DNA from: Nannocystis pusilla
GTDB lineage: Bacteria; Myxococcota_A; Polyangia; Nannocystales; Nannocystaceae
DNA length: 64,000 nucleotides
NCBI RefSeq assembly: GCF_051105105.1
Contig: NZ_CP185339.1
Strand: one strand, 5' to 3'
Under the pieces are notes generated by a model. That model ran no database searches. It was not told the origin of the DNA and saw only the letters and a program-made list of their open reading frames with translations. Position 1 is the first letter of the stretch; each line of letters starts with the position of its first letter. Position numbers and translations under genes: made by a program. This document shows positions 60,525 through 64,000 of the stretch, piece after piece.

Positions 60525-62905
60525 CCGCGCTCCTTCCCCTCGCCCGCGCCGGCCAGCACCAGGGCCGCGGGGGCCAGCACCAGGCTGAGCAGCACCCCGA
60601 GCCCGACGGTCACCCCGATCGCCTGCAGCGCCGGGCTCTGCGACATCGCCAGCAGCCCGAACGCCAGCACCGTCGACAGGCACGCCAGCAGCACGCTGAG
60701 CACCGTCGCGTCGAAGCCGCCCGGGTCGCGCCGGCTCTCGGCCAAGAACACCCCGTAGTCGACGCCCATGCTGAGCACCAGCAGCAGCGCGACCACGTGG
60801 AGGATGCCGATCGTCGCCCCCGACAGCGCCACCAGCGACAGCGCCGTCGCGGCCGCCAGCACGGCCGGGGCGAACGCCGCCAGCGCCAGCCCGAACCGGC
60901 GGTAGCGGACCCACACCATCGCCAGCACCGCGAACAGGCCGAACACCACCAGCTCGAGCGTGCGCGCGCGGTAGCGGCCGAACGCCGCCTGCATCATGCC
61001 CTGCTGGTCGAAGTAGCGCACCTGCGGCAGATCGGAGAGGCGGGCCTGCAGCGCCGTCGCGTCGGCGACCCCGCGCAGCAGCGTCACCACGGCCACCTCG
61101 CCGCCGTCGAGCTCGGCCCGGAACGTCCGCGCCGCCTCGGCCAGCGGCGTCGCGGCCAGGTCGGCCGGCCGCATCACGTCTGGCCCATGGGACATGTCCG
61201 CGAAGAACTTGGCGAACGAGCCGGCGCGGAAACCCTCGGCCACGAACGCGGCGTCGAGCCGCGCCGGCAGGCTCGGATCGGCCAGCGCCGCCTGGTTGTC
61301 CTTCTGCAGCGCCGCCGACCACACCAGCGCGTGCAGGCTGCGGAACGCCTCGATCTCGCCGGCCGCCTGGGCCGCGCGCAGGCGCACCGCCGCCGCGTCG
61401 TTGCCGGCCAGCGCCTCCTCCTCGTCGGCCCCGAACGCGACCACGAAGCGCCCGCCGTCCATCCGCGACACCCGCGCCCGCACCCGCTCGTCCTCGGCCA
61501 GCATCCCCGGGTCGAGCGCCGTCAGCAGCCGCACGTCGTCCGACCACTCGATGCGCGGCAGCCCGACCACGCACAGGCCCAGCGCCACCGCCGGCAGCAC
61601 CGCCACCGCCGAGCGCCGGCGTCGCATCCCCGCGACCACCCGCGCCAGCCCGGCCGCGGCCCGCCGCTGCACCCAACCTGGCTTTGGAGCCATGGGCAAA
61701 AGGTCAGGTAGCCAGTAGCGCGTGGCCAGGGCCGCCACCAGCACCCCGATCGAGGCGAACAGCGCCACCTCGCGCAGCCCGGGGAAGCTGGTCCACGCGA
61801 GCCCCGCGAAGCCCGCCACGGTCGTCAGCGCCCCGAGCAGCAGGCCCGGCCAGATCTGCCGCGCGCTCTGGCGCGGGCCGCCGCGCGGGTCGAGCATGTG
61901 GTGGTTGAACAGGTGCACCGAGTAGTCGATGCACACGCCGATCAGCGTCGCCCCGAACGCCAGCGTCAGCCCGTGGACCGCCCCGAACAGCGCCAGGCAG
62001 GCCGCCAGCGCTGCCGCCACGCCCGCCATCAGCGGCGCCAGCGACAGCAGCACCAGCCGCGGCGAGCGGAACATCAGCAGGAACAGCGCGACGATGCCGA
62101 CCAGCGATACCGTGGAGATCCGGCCGATGTCCTCGCGCATGCTGGTCTCGGCCGCGAGGGCGAAGCGCGCCACGCCCGACTGCTCGAGCACCAGGCGCCC
62201 GCCCGACTGGGCGTCGACCTCGGCGAACGCCGCCTCGATGGCGGCCTGCAGCGGCGCCTGGTCGGTGGCGTCGAACGGCGAGCTGCGGGTCGCCAGCATC
62301 ACCAGCGCGTGCTGGTCGTCGGCGACGAAGTGCCCGTCGCGCAGCGCGACCCCGCCGCCCTGGGCCGCCTCGAGCCGGCGCAGCTGGGCCGGATAAGCCA
62401 GCAGCGGGTCGGCCGGCGCGATCTGCTTGATCACCCCCAACGTCGGCAGGCCGAGCTGGCGCCGCAGCTCGCGGGCCGCGGCGCGCAGGCCGTCGTCGGA
62501 CAACCTGTCCTGAAGGCCAGATGTCTCGTCGGCCAGGAGATAGAACCGCCGCGGGTAGTAGAGGTTGTGGATCGCCTCGGCGTGCAGCTCGCCCGGGCCG
62601 GTGCGCAGCCACGCCACCTCGGGTCGGTCCTGCAGCCGATCGGCCAGCGCCTGCGCCCCGGCGATGGCGACGTCCGGCTCGCCGCGCTCGTCCGAGACCG
62701 ACAGCACCAGCGTGCGCGTCAGCTCCGAGCTGGCCATCCCGCGCGACAGCGCCGCCAGCTTGGGGTCGGCAACGTCGGCCATGAACGCGGTGATGTCGGT
62801 AACCACCTGCAGGCGCAGCACGCAGAACGCCACCAGCCCGGCCACGAGCGCCGCGCCGAGGCCCGCCCGCCACGCGCTCGGCCTGTCTGATCGGGCAGGT
62901 TCCAT
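60521..62905 (-). CDS. MMPL-family RND-type exporter
   Basis: 794 aa with two clusters of six TM helices separated by periplasmic domains. The family architecture is typical of aryl-polyene and lipid export loci. Confidence 0.8.
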   Translation of the reverse strand: MEPARSDRPSAWRAGLGAALVAGLVAFCVLRLQVVTDITAFMADVADPKLAALSRGMASSELTRTLVLSVSDERGEPDVAIAGAQALADRLQDRPEVAWLRTGPGELHAEAIHNLYYPRRFYLLADETSGLQDRLSDDGLRAAARELRRQLGLPTLGVIKQIAPADPLLAYPAQLRRLEAAQGGGVALRDGHFVADDQHALVMLATRSSPFDATDQAPLQAAIEAAFAEVDAQSGGRLVLEQSGVARFALAAETSMREDIGRISTVSLVGIVALFLLMFRSPRLVLLSLAPLMAGVAAALAACLALFGAVHGLTLAFGATLIGVCIDYSVHLFNHHMLDPRGGPRQSARQIWPGLLLGALTTVAGFAGLAWTSFPGLREVALFASIGVLVAALATRYWLPDLLPMAPKPGWVQRRAAAGLARVVAGMRRRRSAVAVLPAVALGLCVVGLPRIEWSDDVRLLTALDPGMLAEDERVRARVSRMDGGRFVVAFGADEEEALAGNDAAAVRLRAAQAAGEIEAFRSLHALVWSAALQKDNQAALADPSLPARLDAAFVAEGFRAGSFAKFFADMSHGPDVMRPADLAATPLAEAARTFRAELDGGEVAVVTLLRGVADATALQARLSDLPQVRYFDQQGMMQAAFGRYRARTLELVVFGLFAVLAMVWVRYRRFGLALAAFAPAVLAAATALSLVALSGATIGILHVVALLLVLSMGVDYGVFLAESRRDPGGFDATVLSVLLACLSTVLAFGLLAMSQSPALQAIGVTVGLGVLLSLVLAPAALVLAGAGEGKERG

Positions 62906-62933
62906 GAAACAGGTGACCAGCGGAGGGCCGCGC

Positions 62934-63641
62934 TCAGCGGGCGGCCGGCGGGGCCGCGGCCGGCTTCGGCGGCAGGCTGAACAGCGAGCCCATCTCCTCG
63001 GCGGAGAACTTGCGCTTGGGGTCGACGGCCGAGAACGTGGTCACGGCCTCGTCGCCGCCGACCTCGACCACGCGCATGGTCGCGATCACCACCCCGTCGC
63101 CCGCGATCTCGACCCGCTCGATCAGCTTGTCGAGCGGCGCCAGCTTCGGCTTCAGCTTCAGCGTCCAGCGCTGGCCCTCGGCCTGCAGGTCCATCGCGTA
63201 CATGGTCGTCAGCGCCTCGCGGTCGCCGGCGAAGATCTTGACGAACGAGTCGACGAACAGCCGCACCGCCGGGCTCTTGTCGAGCGCGATCTCCTCGCGC
63301 CCGGCGTCGTCGGCCAGCTTGAGCGCGCTGCCGTCGATCACCACCACCGAGCGGGCCGGCTTGGCCGTGTGCCGGGCCAGGCGCGGCTTCTTGCCGTTCG
63401 GCACGAAGTAGATGGTGCCCTCGTTGACGAGCGGCGCGGCCAGCAGCGCCATCCGCTTCTCCTCGCGGAAGCTGGCCTGCAGCCCGCTCATCCCGGCGAA
63501 CTGCCCGAGCAGCTGGTCGAGCGTGATGCTGGCGACCACCGGCGCGGCGACGGTGATGGGCAGCGGCTCGGCCGCGCTCGCCTGGCCGATCGGACCGGTC
63601 ATGGCGAGCATGACCAAGAGGACGAACGGACCTGTCCTCAT
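62934..63641 (-). CDS. LolA-like outer-membrane lipoprotein carrier family protein
   Basis: Signal peptide. FREEKRMALLAAPLVNEGTIYFVPNGK...WTLKLKPK is a LolA-like beta-barrel signature. Confidence 0.65.
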   Translation of the reverse strand: MRTGPFVLLVMLAMTGPIGQASAAEPLPITVAAPVVASITLDQLLGQFAGMSGLQASFREEKRMALLAAPLVNEGTIYFVPNGKKPRLARHTAKPARSVVVIDGSALKLADDAGREEIALDKSPAVRLFVDSFVKIFAGDREALTTMYAMDLQAEGQRWTLKLKPKLAPLDKLIERVEIAGDGVVIATMRVVEVGGDEAVTTFSAVDPKRKFSAEEMGSLFSLPPKPAAAPPAAR

Positions 63642-63672
63642 GGACAGCCCCCGAATCATGGGCGGCAGCGAG

Positions 63673-64000
63673 CTACACCAGGTACTTGAGCAGCGCATCG
63701 GGCGTCTCCGGCAAGAGGCGACCTTCCGGGTCGGTGGTGACGAGGATCGTCTGCCCGCGGGCCGAGCAGCGATCCTGGTTCAGGTTGCGGATCCGGTAGG
63801 CCACCACCAGCCGCGGCGTGACCGACACGAACCACGCGTCGACGCGCACGCGGTCGGCGTAGCGCAGCGGCCAGGTGTAGCGGCAGTGGCTGTCGACCAG
63901 CAGCGAGGCGTAGCCGAGCCGCTGCAGGTCGGGCACGTCGAGCCCGCGCGAGCGCATCAACGCGGTCCGGCCGTACTCCATGTACTTGTAGTAGTGCCCG
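63673..64000 (-). CDS. 4HBT-fold acyl-CoA thioesterase (YbgC/FadM-like), N-terminus beyond window
   Basis: HYYKYMEYGRTALMRSRG...DAWFVSVTPRLVVAYRI is a hotdog-fold thioesterase pattern. The ORF is open to the window edge. Confidence 0.6.
   Translation of the reverse strand, partial: GHYYKYMEYGRTALMRSRGLDVPDLQRLGYASLLVDSHCRYTWPLRYADRVRVDAWFVSVTPRLVVAYRIRNLNQDRCSARGQTILVTTDPEGRLLPETPDALLKYLV

Overview
This 64-kb window is very GC-rich (about 72%) and has the gene content of a Myxococcota-type chromosomal region. That includes eukaryotic-like Ser/Thr kinases fused to TPR or WD40 repeats, an ECF sigma factor, a hybrid sensor kinase, a response regulator, and PilZ, HTTM, DUF1592/DUF1552, WG-repeat and glycine-rich lipoprotein families. 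I support about 45 protein-coding genes. Clear housekeeping calls are rsgA, msrB, an amino-acid dehydrogenase, a pair of M16 peptidases, an SDR, a GNAT acetyltransferase, a GFA protein, an O-methyltransferase and an FAD oxidoreductase. The right end carries an MMPL exporter, a LolA-like protein and a thioesterase that begin an aryl-polyene-type lipid export cluster. I see no rRNA, tRNA, CRISPR array or recognisable transposase.

Three things stand out.

1. Minus-strand cluster 29.6-34.3 kb. It encodes a bacterial homolog of the eukaryotic major vault protein (MVP repeats, shoulder and cap-helix), about 830 aa. About 170 bp downstream is a radical SAM/SPASM peptide-maturase-like enzyme. A DUF4259-like gene lies upstream, a possible 22-aa Cys-containing micro-ORF sits in the gap, and a convergent zinc-ribbon/Thr-rich membrane protein follows.

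2. A degenerate 14-bp-periodic repeat family built on the palindromic core GGACATGTCC. It occurs far more often than base composition predicts. It fills nearly every intergenic region as short tandem arrays, forms a 4 x 58-bp higher-order array at 59.0-59.3 kb, and also sits in frame inside several CDSs. The in-frame cases include an 84-bp x3 repeat in a kinase linker.

3. All five reading-frame disruptions I can detect are +1 shifts at the heptamer GACGTTC/GAACGTC. They fall in the WD40 gene, the kinase N-terminus, MVP (twice) and the Thr-rich protein. That points to a motif-linked systematic indel, possibly a modification-associated sequencing artefact or motif-targeted mutagenesis, rather than independent pseudogenisation.

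Coordinates are approximate to a few bases where starts were inferred.
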